A stretch of 64,000 nucleotides of DNA. Source: Rotaria socialis (Eukaryota). The notes under the pieces were generated by a model. That model did not search any database and was not told the origin of the DNA. It worked only from the letters and a program-made list of their open reading frames with translations. Positions 13,410-26,259 of this stretch are shown here, one piece after another. A program made the translations under genes and the position numbers. The stretch lies in contig CAJNYD010000292.1 in NCBI GenBank assembly GCA_905331295.1, positions 1 through 64,000 of the forward strand. The letters are read 5' to 3'. Position 1 is the first letter of the stretch, and each line of letters starts with the position of its first letter.

Positions 13410-13941
13410 TTAATCTACTTCTGGTGGTGGTGGTGGCTCTCGATTGTCACGTCGTGGACCCTAGAATGGAGAGTAGTAGATTTCTATAAAACCATTATAT
13501 ATTTTTGCTTACTTGATTATTTGGTTTCCCTAGATTATCACGATTGCTTCGAAGAGTACGTGGACGAAATATGAACAGTAAAAAAGCAATAGCAAGCCAT
13601 ATACCAATCATTAAATACATATTAGTCATCCCTGTACTACCAACATCGGCATTGGGTTGGCCAGGTACTAAAAATTGATCAATAAAATTTTTCTAGCACA
13701 AGGAAAAACTAGATTCTCGTATTCCTACATGGACCAGTAAAGCATTCCGTATCAGTACATGTTGTTTGCGCATTGCGAAGCATACTAGTCAAACGGTTCA
13801 TAGTGTGCTCGTGACTCATCTGCAGCGTATTTCAATGTGTGAAACATAAAAAGTAATTTATTGTGAGAATTATCTTACTATGCATTCACATGGATCAAAA
13901 CCACCAGCTCCATCCGTTGGATTACCACCAGCGCCATCCAT
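13410..13941 (-). CDS. SMIM14: Small integral membrane protein 14 homolog, 4 coding exons (absent from ORF track)
   Basis: Manual splice gives MDGAGGNPTDGAGGFDPCECI|MSHEHTMNRLTSMLRNAQTTCTDTECF...WLAIAFLLFIFRPRTLR...GKP...EPPPPEVD*, matching the family motifs FDPCEC, CTDTEC and RP.xLR. Confidence 0.92.
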
Positions 13942-15469
13942 GACCTATGGATGGCATAAATATTGAAATTCAGTTATTTTAACAAATGTAAATACTTACT
14001 AGAAAATTTGATTAAAAAAAGCAGGAGAAATAAAAATGTATGATGTTTTTCCGTAGGAAAAGTGGAATGAAGAAAAAGAAATGAGTTGAACTGAATAATG
14101 AATCTACTGTTGGCGTTTCATGATGCTAAGTGATCTGGAAAAAAAATTATAAACAGGAAAAATTAATGACTCATTCTTCATCAATGAGTACTATTCTCAG
14201 AAAAAATTTCTAGAATCACCGAGGACCTCAACTCTGGCTTTGAAGTTGAAACACAGGGATCATATTAAGATAGCTGATCGTTCCCCATACGTACAGAGGT
14301 ATATGTTTACTGATATTCACTGAAGAGAGTAAATAGTTTTTGTGTTCAATTTTACTAGATTCTATATGACAACATGATGATTCGAGTAGATGATGATACT
14401 AGAAAAATAAATCCCTATTTTCAAGAAAAAATACATCTATTAAATTATGCATAGGCGCTGAAGGCTCAATAGTTACTGTAAAAATACTATATTAATTATT
14501 TATAAATTAGTGTCAAGTCTGATTAACAGCTAATAATGAAAAATAAATAGTGTTATTTTGGTAAAATTTATAATCACCAATAAATGCTGGTTACGTGAAA
14601 TAAAACCTATACCCATCGGCCGGCTTCGACTATAGATAGCGCCACATACCAGATATTAGTAAAAACCGAACAGAATAGAAGCGCGGAGTGGTTCGTCCGA
14701 CCGACGAACAGACTTTTGGTACAGTGACCATCACCGTCGTTGTTTTATAGCTTAAGTTATCGCTTCTGCCATTCGCAACTAGCTTTTCAGATGTAGTACA
14801 CATCTCTCTGATCAGAATAAGTATGGTTAGTGTTATCGAAGCTGTCGCAATCGATTGATACGCATGAATACTTACGGTATGATTGTCGTTTTATAAGTGA
14901 CAATGTTATTGTAGATTGGAAGCGCGTGGACGACACGTTTATAATCAATGCGATTTTGGTGCGACAGTTCTATACTCCGGCCTCAAAAGAGCTGCGCTAA
15001 CGAGCTCTGCTGCTTTTCTTATTCGTTGCATAAGTTTTCTTTCTTCTCTACAGGCAAATGGTTTAAATCGTGTAGACTTACGCAAAATTACAACCTGACC
15101 AAAACAAAGGAATTATTCTTTTTCTACTTTTTTTTGTTTCATTCTGTCTATTTTATTTTTCTAAAGTGGCAAAATTATATTTGAAGTAAATATAGTAATC
15201 ATGATGATTGTCAGAACTCAAAGCAGTTTAAATTCAGCAAAAATTCAAGCGCCACGATGCTTACGTATATTTCATTGAAACACCGATAATTTATATCTTT
15301 TCAAGATGTGGGTATGGCAATTCTTTAATTATGCCCATATAGAAATAAACTTCTGAGTGATAACTTACATGTGAAGAAATCAAACTACGATAGAATAGGT
15401 TACATATTGGAGGAATAAAAAAAAGCGTACAAAATAAGAATTTATAAACTTTTAATTTGATAGAGATAA

Positions 15470-15844
15470 TTAAAACTCGAGTTTTTCTATTTTGATTTTC
15501 TTTGCGACTAAAATTCGTTCTTCTTCGTCATTAAAATGCTCAGTATTTGTTGCTTTTGTAGTTGTCGCAAAGTATTCTGCTTGACAAAATGTTGATCGAT
15601 TTCGTTTCAGAAGAAGACTTGTATTCGATGTAAGAATAGTTTGACAAGATCGCGTTTGATAACGATTGAGATTAGTTAATAAAATGAAATCAAGTTCAAA
15701 AGGATTGCCTGTATTTATTGATTTCGATGATTGTTGACCAGAACAATTTACAGAATCAAACACATTCTCATCAATGTACAAACGAGATTCATTTATATCT
15801 TGTTCATCATCGCTGATAATCATCACACTATCACTATCTATCAT
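15470..15844 (-). CDS. Hypothetical 124-aa protein, or alternative last exon of the upstream gene
   Basis: ORF preceded by a strong acceptor (ttttttacag, 15865-15866). SIM-like VMIISDDE and a basic C-terminus KKIKIEK. Confidence 0.5.
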   Translation of the reverse strand: MIDSDSVMIISDDEQDINESRLYIDENVFDSVNCSGQQSSKSINTGNPFELDFILLTNLNRYQTRSCQTILTSNTSLLLKRNRSTFCQAEYFATTTKATNTEHFNDEEERILVAKKIKIEKLEF

Positions 15845-15933
15845 GGTAAAGTGAAGAAACGCGCCTGTAAAAAATAGTCAAAACTTTATTGAAAAAAGAT
15901 ATATGTTCGAAGAAAACAAAATCATAGAATAGT

Positions 15934-16417
15934 TTATTCACTATGAAATGGAATTTTAATGTCAAATGTCCAAAAAGTGGGATCTAAATATGCTGATGAA
16001 TTTGCAATATTATTCGAATAAAGTACGCCTTCATCGACTGTAATATAATAGGAATCTTGGTTAATCCAAGTATGATCTGTTGTGCGAAAAATAATATCTT
16101 GACGATAATAGAGCACTTTAACTGAAGTCGAGCAGTCAATTTCATATTCAGCATTTGTTGCACGCGTATTATAAAACCGAATATAGGCAGGAAAATTTGG
16201 TTGAGTAACTGCTCCGTTAGCTTTTTAAACGTGGAATAAAAAGAAAAGTAGACTTCAATATTGAATTAAAATATAGTAGAGAAAATAACATACTTTTAAT
16301 AACCCAATAATCATCAGTTGGCTTAATAATGCCATGAGGAATTTTGTCTATTATCCATTGAGCATGTATCGTAGCGCAAGACAATATTAGATAAAAAATG
16401 AGTTTCGCAACGCCCAT
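15934..16417 (-). CDS. Small secreted protein, 2 exons, possibly an Ig-like beta-sandwich
   Basis: Signal peptide MGVAKLIFYLILSCATIHA. A phase-1 intron (~16222-16293) joins to TNGAVTQPNFPAYIRFYN...SYYITVDEGVLY...FWTFDI. Confidence 0.7.
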
Positions 16418-16845
16418 GGCTACTCAAAGTTCGATTAAGAAGAAAAAAAACAGTTGAATGCGACAAAAATCTGATTTAAATGAAATTTTTTCGAATATAT
16501 ATATACACCGATTAAACAAAGTGGTGAGCAAATATTATTTTTAATTTTCTTTTTTTTTTCGTTTTTTAATGCAAATATATTGTTCATTTACTTAAAGTGC
16601 TTTCATAATGGTAGCATAAAATGCAAAATAATTCTTGTCAACAATCAAGATTTATACGCACTATAATCTGAAAATAATCAGAGAATACCGATCCCGTGAC
16701 CTTAGTCTTAAATTAAAAAATGCATATACTGATGCTATGTGGAAATAGAAAGTCTTGCAGTATTTTGTTGTACGATGCAGAACTTTTAAATACGTTTACC
16801 TGGTTTCTTTTATTATTGTAGAAAAAGAAAAAAAAGACTTTATTT

Positions 16846-19357
16846 TTATTCATCTATTTTTTCAAAAACAACGAACTCGAGTACGTCGTGAACAAGAGAA
16901 GGATAACGTTTTTCGAGAAGTTTCCATTGTGGCGACAGAAGAACTTCTCGTGAATGGAATTGAATGAAGCGAAGCACAACTTGTTTGAGATTTTTTACTT
17001 GTAATAAATAATCATTTGTATGATACTTTTCATATAAGCCAGTAAGAGCTTGATGAATACAAACTAATAATACAGCAGCTGTATTTATATTTAAATTTTG
17101 TGTATTACACATATCATGTAAACAAAGAAGACAAAGTACATCAATACCGTATTTAACAGCGCCGAAGAATAGAAGACGAATCGTATCAAATGATGGATTA
17201 GCTGTTGCTGATCCTGCTGTTATTGTTGTTGATGATGATCGGCGACGCTTTTTTTCTGCAGCCGGTGATGGTGTTTGACTTGATGAACTCAATGACATAT
17301 ATTGATTTGTATAGACATAGGCAAACAGTTTTTCAAGAATATTTGGTGGCGGTGTTTCATCGTCACTCGATAAATCTAATTCAGATTCATTGGATGAAGC
17401 AAAATATTGATTGAAATAAATCGAACGTGCTGACAAAATACTTTTATGCAGATTCCATTGTTGATCTCGGCAACGAATAGTAACATCTGAATGAAGGCCA
17501 GAACGATATAAATTTTTAAGGAATATAAAATTATCGGGTAATTCAGACACTGTCGTTGTTGTACTAGAACTTGATAGAGTAGGCGGTTGAGTTGAATTTT
17601 GATTGAATCGATCGAATGATCGAAGTCGTGATGGTGGTGCAAAACGAATTTGTTTATTTTGAAATATACGTGGTGAACGAAGTAGACTGTCTTGAATGTT
17701 TGGAAGGATTCTCAATTCAGCTGATGGTTGATGACGAATCGGAGAATTGTTCATTCGATCAGGTGAAGCATACGCTTGTTGATTACGAGATACAATCGGT
17801 GGAAACATTGAATTTCCCTATGTTAGATTAAAAGATAGTTTTCTAATGAAATTTGTTTTCTTCTGATAAAATAGTTTATTACTCTTGGTTCATCGGAAAA
17901 CGGATCCCATGATGTGGCTGGATTTTCAGCGGTAGTTGCTGTGGTATTTTCTCGAGTAACACCATGTTGATCGGGACTTTTAACTTTATCATTCATTTTA
18001 ACAACAGATGATATTCGTTTAGGTTCGGTTTTCATAGCAGATGAAAGCGTCTGTTCTCGAGTGGATTTTATCGCATGTCCAGTTCCTTTACTTTGAATAT
18101 TTCCATTACTATTCAAGGAAATCATTGTTGGCTCGACAACACGTTTTATACTTTTAGGAACATTGATACGTTGTAATGGTTGTACAATTTGAATTGAAAA
18201 TAGAAGATATTCTATTGTAAAAAATCGACCACTTGTTTCATTGAAATCATGTCGATAAGAATAAATATTTGTAGTTAATTCTTCAAGACTAAAAAATTCC
18301 ATGGTATAATTATCAGCAAGATCTTCAAATGATTGTGTATAACGCCGAAGAACATTATGTTCATTTTTGCATATCATTTCAACCTTACCATAATTTGCAT
18401 GAATAAAATCCGAACATTTGATTGTTAAATACAATGGACTTTGTTTATTGTTTGGCGATGTGCCTGGACATTTGATTAATAGACGCCATTTTTTACTTTT
18501 TACGCCTTCGATTATTTTCACATGAGTAAATTGAAACCGATCCGATACTAAACGTCGATCATTACCGACTAAAAGAAAGGACAATTAGAGAAATCGACTT
18601 TTTTAAAAATTTTTGTTCTATAATGTTAACAACAATTACTTGGTGGTCTTGTTTGATTAATTTGCTCGATAATCTGATGAAATTTTGTTAATTTCCAATC
18701 AGCAGTATAACGTCGTGAAAAATCAAATGCTTTTGTTTTTGGTTGAATTTCAATTTCATTTATAAATCGAACATAAGCAAGAATAGTACAATCATCTGTA
18801 TTCATTGGTGTTCCTTGTTTACTTTTTGCAATCACATCTTGATAGAGATCGCCTTCGATATCAAAACAAAGTTTGGATGAAATATGATCATTTATAAACG
18901 ATGATGTTGGTTCGCCTTTAGCTAAAAAGAATGTGTGATCGTAGAAGGTTGATTCTTTTATTACTTGTCCACCATGTGTTGTGATTAATATTAATTTAAC
19001 ATCAGCACGAAGACATCGATCACGTGGCGCTAATAGAACAAGACCTATTCGTATGCGCGGTGGATGCGATTGATGTTCAAGATAGAATTGCCAATGTGAA
19101 TCAAAAGATTCATCATAGGGAAAGACGATACTTTCAAGTTCATTTTCAGTGCCAGCTAAATGTAGCCGTCGTAACAATGGTACTGGTACAAACCAATCAT
19201 GACTAACTACGACAAAGCGTTCTTCAACGGCTGGACCTCGTGGAAGAATGACGCGTCGCTAAAACAGAAAATTTATTATTTAAAGAACACAGATAACTAA
19301 TTTCGCTGTTACTTTTTTCAACGGATCTTGCACAGTATTATTGCCATTTATGGACAT
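16846..19357 (-). CDS. BTB/POZ protein with degenerate N-terminal MATH-like regions, 4 exons
   Basis: BTB signature GLHSDVTIRCRDQQWNLHKSILSARSIYFNQYF...LFAYVYT. SPOP-like C-terminus (WKLLEKRYPSLVHDVL). MATH-like strands (YTADWKLTKF, KWRLLIKCPG). The three ORFs join in frame via GT-AG introns. Confidence 0.8.
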
Positions 19358-20010
19358 ATCCTACTTTAGATTTTTGTGAACCGATAGATTGAAAATGTGC
19401 ACGAGAAAGTTGTCAATTTTGTTTCTTTTCACTATGTATTCATACGATTATATTAATACCATTTGGTCGACAACCACAGCAAATTGTGTGTAAACACGCA
19501 GCATCAAAACGTTGTAACGATGGTAAAGAAAAATGATTTTCGAGCACTGAAATGCTATATTACCAATGTTAAACAAAAAGAAAAACACCATACAAAAAGA
19601 AAACTACATCTAATTTCATGAATAGCGTTTATATTTTTAAATACAGAGAACAGTTCTCTAGTCAAAATGTTTTTCAAAGAAAAGAAAAAAAAAAGATACT
19701 ATTGATAATGCATTGAGTTCGACAAGTAAACATATACTCATTAAATGGAAGTTCTATTTAGCATTCATTTTATCACCATGCTTCCTCCTATTTCAAATGT
19801 TTCAGTATCCATTTTTTTCCTAATGGATCCAATAATAAAAATATGTCACGGCAATTGAGCATGAGCTTTAAAAAATATATAAATGCTAAATAATATGCGG
19901 AGAAAGAAGAAGAAAACGAGTAATTTTCTTGCTCTTTATCATAATCATCCAATACGTAGTACGAACATCTGGCCTTCTATTATTTATACAAACATATCAA
20001 TAGGAAATAC

Positions 20011-21138
20011 ATGGTTTTGTTATTATTGTTGTACATCGTCATTGTTATGTCGACTGTGAGATTATTATCAGATAATTTTATTCAATCGCTCATTCGATAT
20101 CTGCAATGGAAACACTATTTTCTAATAAAATTAATTGGATTTCTAACTATATTCATTTCATTAATAATCGTAATAAAAAATTCTTCTTATCAACAACGTT
20201 CATTATCATTTCTTGCTTCAAAAAATCAATATGATTCTTTATCGGCACTAATTTTACAAAATCAAATCATCACTAAATTAAATCTAACTCGACCTACATT
20301 AGTGACACCCCCAAATTATCTCGATCCATTTGTCTATTCTCGAATTCAGTTCACACATAACGATGAACAACGAACTGAAGCAAGTCGAAAATGGTGCCAA
20401 GCACAAAGTAAATTTATTCGACCGCAAGATCTTGAACCATACAAATGTAATGACGTAAAACAATTTGAAAATAGTGACCATTCATTTTGTCTCGATCCAT
20501 TCGTACGCAATTCGTGTTTAATCATGTCTTTTGGAATGGGCAATCATCGTCTTAATAATACATTTGATAATCAATTGTATGATTGGGGTGGATGTCAATT
20601 ACTCACATTTGATCCTTATCAACAGCCAACTCAAACAAATACAACGAATATAATGATTCCTATTAAACAGAATTGGACTTTCTATCGAGTCGGTTTAACA
20701 GCATCGGCTGCTGTTGATGATAATTCAAATTTAATGACAATAAGAAAATTAGTTGAATACGTAAATCTTGATTCTGTAGGAACACGTATTGATATTCTTA
20801 TAATTGATATTGACAATGCCAATGAATGGAATTTATTAGATGATAGTGATTTTATACTTTATTTATGTCGACATGTAAAACAATTAATAATAAAAACAAA
20901 ACCAATACATTCAAAAAGATTTCAACATTATCGCATATATACAGTTAAACTAAACAAATGCTTTTCACTATTACGTCGACGTTCACGCCTCTATTTACTT
21001 GGACGACACAATGAAATCGAAAGCGAATGGTCTTTAACAACATTTTCAATAAATCTTGGTTTATTTTGTGATGAAATTGACATGTCCATGTATTTGCTTG
21101 TCTACGGTCATCTATATCTTGTTAATACAAAACTTTAA
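20011..21138 (+). CDS. METTL24-like (Methyltransf_22) type II membrane methyltransferase-like protein, intronless
   Basis: N-terminal TM, then FCLD...SCLIMSFGMG..FD..GCQLLTFDP and IDILIIDID..EW motifs typical of the family. True start uncertain. Confidence 0.75.
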   Translation: MVLLLLLYIVIVMSTVRLLSDNFIQSLIRYLQWKHYFLIKLIGFLTIFISLIIVIKNSSYQQRSLSFLASKNQYDSLSALILQNQIITKLNLTRPTLVTPPNYLDPFVYSRIQFTHNDEQRTEASRKWCQAQSKFIRPQDLEPYKCNDVKQFENSDHSFCLDPFVRNSCLIMSFGMGNHRLNNTFDNQLYDWGGCQLLTFDPYQQPTQTNTTNIMIPIKQNWTFYRVGLTASAAVDDNSNLMTIRKLVEYVNLDSVGTRIDILIIDIDNANEWNLLDDSDFILYLCRHVKQLIIKTKPIHSKRFQHYRIYTVKLNKCFSLLRRRSRLYLLGRHNEIESEWSLTTFSINLGLFCDEIDMSMYLLVYGHLYLVNTKL

Positions 21139-21165
21139 TATTACAAATATTGTTTTTATTTTACA

Positions 21166-21829
21166 TTAAACACTTGTTTGTTTTAATATAGATGATAATT
21201 GTTTCTTTTTCGATTGCTGAATTGATTTTCGAGTGTTTGATGGTAATTTACCATAGCATGGCTTACAAACAGGTGCTGCGTCAACATCGAAAAATTTACT
21301 TTTTTCATTCATTTTCTTCTCGCATATTGAACACGCAAAATGATCAGCGCAATATTTTTTATTACAGGCTGTATAAGCTAAAACAAAACATAGAAGAGCA
21401 AAATGAGAACGTTGTTTACCCTATTTAGATCAACTTTATACCTCCTTCAGTAATAACACAATTACATATAAAACATGTTGAACCAAATAGAAAATGATAA
21501 TCGGATTCGCAATAAGCTAGACCTTTGTTTTCAAAATGTTTACTACCATAGAATGGTTGAGCACAGCGAGCACAACAAAAATGCTAGAAAACAAGTGAGA
21601 AAAATAGGATTCATGGTCAAGTATAAATTAAAATAGAACATACCTCGACATGCCATTGTTTGCCAAGAGCACTAATAACTCGATTATCGATTAAACGTCG
21701 GCAAGCAGCACATACAGGTATGTCAAGTTTATTGTGGCATGGAAGACAATATAATGAACCTCGTACTTCTCGACTATTTTCATCTAGTTCAGCTCTATAA
21801 AGAGAAAATAACAATAATGTGCCTTTCGG

Positions 21830-21871
<42 letters not shown>

Positions 21872-24158
21872 NAAAAAAAAAAAAATGGGCATTTGGCCCC
21901 CCCCCCCCCCCTGTTAGAATAATAAGCGGAATACTAACTGGCATGAAGCGCATTGAAAATGATATGAATGATGAAAGTCACCTTTAAATTTCACATATTT
22001 ATTATCAATCATTTGACTAAAATAAATAATATTTGAATAGTAAACACTTGAAGTGTTGTCCTTACTGGCATGTCGCACAACTTTGTTTTGATAAATGCGC
22101 ATCTTTTGCCTTTTCCTTTACATGACAATCTCGACAAAGAGCTCTAGAAAAATGTATTTCAAAATAGAAACGCAAACGAACTTGTTTCTAAATACTAACT
22201 TTTCATTATATTTCGAAAAACCCGTTTCAATTAATGGTGCCTGACATAGTTGACAACGGAAACAATCCGGATGAAAACACTTTTGAAGTGCTCGAATAAT
22301 TCGTCCAACAATAGCTTGTTCTAAATTATATTGAACAGAGAAAATAATTGAAGAAAATATCAAAATAAAACTTACTGCATTCTGCACAACAGGGTGCAAA
22401 TAACATTTGAAAATCTCGTTCACAATATTTCCGATCTTCATGCTGTATGAAAACAAAAACAATTAGTTTGAAGGAAAAAGATCAATATTGAATAATTTAC
22501 TTCAAAATATAATCCATTTTCAAATGGTTGAAAACATTGTGTACAACTAGAGAAATGAATGAGTAGCATTAGACATGAGAGGCAAAGCAGTATTGTCAGA
22601 CCCTATTGGGAAATCTTGTTGCGACTAGAAGGCCATGCTTTCATCACTCTTTTGCAAAATTCCCATGGATAGACTTGGTGACCACGAGAATACACCTTAG
22701 TCGGTATATTTTCTTTTTGAAAGTTTTCCTAGTGTGTGTGATTGTTTATTAGAGTTATCTACGAACCAACGTCTACCATTTGGTTTCCCCAGTCAATACA
22801 GGCTATGCTCTACAACCTAATTATCATGAGTTCTTCAAGATGTGTTCTGATTCAACACATATAAACTCGAGTAATAGTGAATGAGGTTTCCTCGGATCAT
22901 GCAGCATACTCTTTGGTACAGTATACATAAATCAGTCATTTTCAGCAAATAAAAAATCTCGAATTTTCTATTAGATAAAATTAACAAGACGTACACGAAG
23001 CACTTGGTGTGCCAAATATGACCAGCAGCATTCACAATTTGTTCATTGGTAGCAAATGCTTGATGACAATTGGCACAATCATTATCTGACAACATGAGGC
23101 TAAAAGTAAAAATAAAAATAATTAACAAAATATCACACACAGATAGTGTTTAATTTTTTTCTCTCTTTCTCTCTCTGGAACTACCAAAACATATTGATCG
23201 GCTTAAGAGGATTATCATCAATCTTTCGCCTGCGTTGACTTTTATTCTGAATATTATTTGCTATTTTCCTATCGGAATCTTTCTTGTCAATTTCAAATGC
23301 TTCAAGTAGACTATTTAATAAATCAACAGTAGCCGACATATCAGAAATATCATTCTTGACGCTGGATGTTCGTCGAGGATCATTTTTGTTTATTGTTGAT
23401 CTTGGCGAGGAATTCATTGAAAAAGATTTATCAGTATCATTTGATATTGAGATTAAATCAGCAAGTGCGTGATTAAGTTGTGCTTCTTTGGTTAGTAATT
23501 CATCAAAACTAATTTCATGTCGTTTTCCTAATGCTAGTGCAGCTTCATCAATATTAGTACTTCGTGTTGCCATTTCTATTGGATTATTATTATTGTCAAT
23601 AGTAGTATAGAATGACACTGGTGGCGGTGGCAAGTCTAGTTTACAATGATCTATGTCCAATGTTTCATAGATTTGTTCGTCGTTTTTTTCTTGTTCTTTA
23701 TCTCCGGTGTATTGCTCTGGCTGTATTTCTACTCTAACCATTTGATTGCCATTGGTGTTAGTCGAAGGAGAAATTGACGAACAGACGTTATTGTTGATGA
23801 TGATGCCATTGTCACTGTTATCGACCTTGAATTTCAGTGTTCGTATAAACATGTGGCTACGATTAAATTCTGCTTCGTTAGAAATAACATCATTAACAAT
23901 CGGTAACAAATTCTGAGCACTTGCATAAGGGCTTAGACTTGCGCGTGCTTCAAACTCTTTAACTAATTTTGAAACCGATCGATTATCTAATTTTTCAATG
24001 GCAGATGTTGATGAAGAATTTTTCAAATTCTCCAGTTGTCGTTCTTGAAAATGATTCACCGTTGGTTTCATACAAGTCAGAGCTTTTGTTATGTCTTGTT
24101 GACTAACACAAAATCGTTGTTGTTTAAAGCGTTGATATTGTGAACGTTTTCGTTCCAT
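21166..24158 (-). CDS. LIMS1: PINCH/LIMS five-LIM-domain adaptor with a long N-terminal extension exon
   Basis: Spliced: [59 protein letters not shown]...[42 protein letters not shown]...[22 protein letters not shown] 23181-24158 can splice in frame (TG|C CTC ATG). Confidence 0.9.
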
Positions 24159-24755
24159 ACTACTCTTCTTCTTTCTTTAGTATTCTGATTGAACGTTTAT
24201 TAAATACGCGTATGCATTCTGATTACGTGATCCGTATTTCTTACATCATTAAAAAAAAGAAATTTAACGGTTAAAACTTCCGAACAGAAAAGAAATCTGA
24301 GACGATAAGAGACTAATGCTGATGCGCACTAGTGATCATCAATTGCATATCGATGTATACATATATCAACGAAATGAAATAGAAGTTTATTATTTTATAG
24401 GTCTTCTGTGTAGCAAAAAAAAATTTGATCGTTAAATAAATATTCTTTTATTTCATGACCATGAATAAAATCGCAAGGAGTTCAATTTAAACTTACCTAT
24501 ATTATATTTGATCCCTGAGTAATTAAAAAATTACATCTAGAATTAAAAACACAAGATTTTCACAGGCTTTTATTTTCTTAGTAATAAAATACACAAAAAA
24601 GAATAAGTCGAATTGTGAGTATGAATTAACAAAAGAGAAGAACACTAAATGATATGGATACAGGCACCAAAAAGACAACATAATATCACAGTTTATTTTA
24701 GATACTACCGGTCTATAAATGAGCAGTTAACGTGGGATTATTAGTGTCCATTAGA

Positions 24756-26259
24756 CTACTTTTTTAGATTGAGTATTCCGTCATTATTGTTAAATATATT
24801 TGGAATCGAATCTCCAAAATAAACCTTTGTATTTTGTGATAATGCTTGATACTTTGACCATTGAAGAAATTCGGGTGTTAATTTCATTTTATTTGACTCT
24901 GCTTCTGTATCACTCTTATATTTATTTGCATCAGCCATTGAACGTTCTCGAGCTAAATGCATTTCAGCTTCAATTTCAGCAATACGTTTTTCACTTTCTT
25001 TGCCTAGAATTTTTTGTTCATATTGAATTTGAGCTACTTGTGCTAATTTTTCAGCTTCAATTACAGCACGACGACGATCAGTTTCAGCTTCTTTTTCGAC
25101 TACTTTTTGATGAGCAGTTGTTATCATATATCTATATAATATTTTATTAGATGATTTATAAATGAGTCTATTCAGTATACTTACTGAGTTTTTTCTTGTT
25201 CCATAGTTTCATAATTACGACGAATAGCTTCAGGAATTTTTGGTTTTGTTACTTGAAATAAACAATAAAAATTAAATAAGATATATACTCGAATCAAGCT
25301 ATAGATCCGGTTTTGACTCTAGCATTATGGATTCTGAGTTTTACACAAAACAAAGTCGTACGCAACGATTATGAAAACTGCTTTGGATATCACAGGAAGT
25401 CATGAGAAAAAAAAATACTAAAATAAGAAGTTTTCGTCAACATACTAAATATGAGAAAAAAATTATCGTAACGACCACTCTTTCATCTTAATTATAAATA
25501 TTTTGGTAATTGTATCAATGAAATTATTTATAAAATAGATTCAGATATTTATTCAGAATAGCGTCATATTCATTTGTTTATTACCTCGAATTGAAGTAAC
25601 ATAAAGACCAGGCGCTAGAATATTTAAATCATTTTGTAATGTTCTTTTTAAATGATCATCAATACTTGAAAATAAATCAATATAAACTTCCTGAAGTGTA
25701 TGTACCTTTAAAAATAACAATCATTATATTTCTAAATATGACACTTGTCTTTTGCTTATTATTTACCGAACAAAATTGATTAACTTCATGATGAATTTTA
25801 TCGAATATTAATGTTCGATCGTAATTAACAGTATAGTTTCGCACAATATCAAGAACAGCATCACGACCTAATATATTAACAACTTCGATTTTATCGAAAT
25901 AAATCATAGTGCCACCGCTTGTACCACAAGGAATGTTTTTCACTAGAAAACAAATGACTGTTCGAAAAATAATGAATAGCGTGAATTATTACCCTGGTCT
26001 GTTTCTAACGTTGTTTGAACAATTTTACACGAGGTCAAAAATGGTATCATAACGTGAAAGCCAGGTGAAGTCATTGATGTGAGGAGGGCACCTCCTCTTT
26101 AAAAACAACAGATAAATAAATCAATGATATTATTAATTAGAAACAATGATTTTTCACTTACCTGTAATATATACCAACATGCCCTTCAGGCACTTGATGA
26201 ATACTCAGAGCAAAAATAGCAGCAACGATTACCAGAGCAGTTAACCATTTAGCAATCAT
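24756..26259 (-). CDS. ERLIN: Erlin (ER lipid raft-associated SPFH/band-7 protein), multi-exon
   Basis: [87 protein letters not shown]. Confidence 0.96.

Noticed and set aside
14948..15096. Possible minus-strand terminal exon (VVILRKSTRFKPFACREERKLMQRIRKAAELV...)
   Set aside because: The acceptor is good, but no consistent upstream exon or family could be identified, so it is left unannotated.
21828..21911. Poly-G/poly-C tract giving poly-Gly and poly-Pro ORFs (21617-21892, 21739-21987); G-quadruplex-like
   Set aside because: It lies inside a PINCH intron and straddles an N (21872). This is typical of a low-quality contig join or a collapsed G-rich insertion, so the lengths are unreliable.
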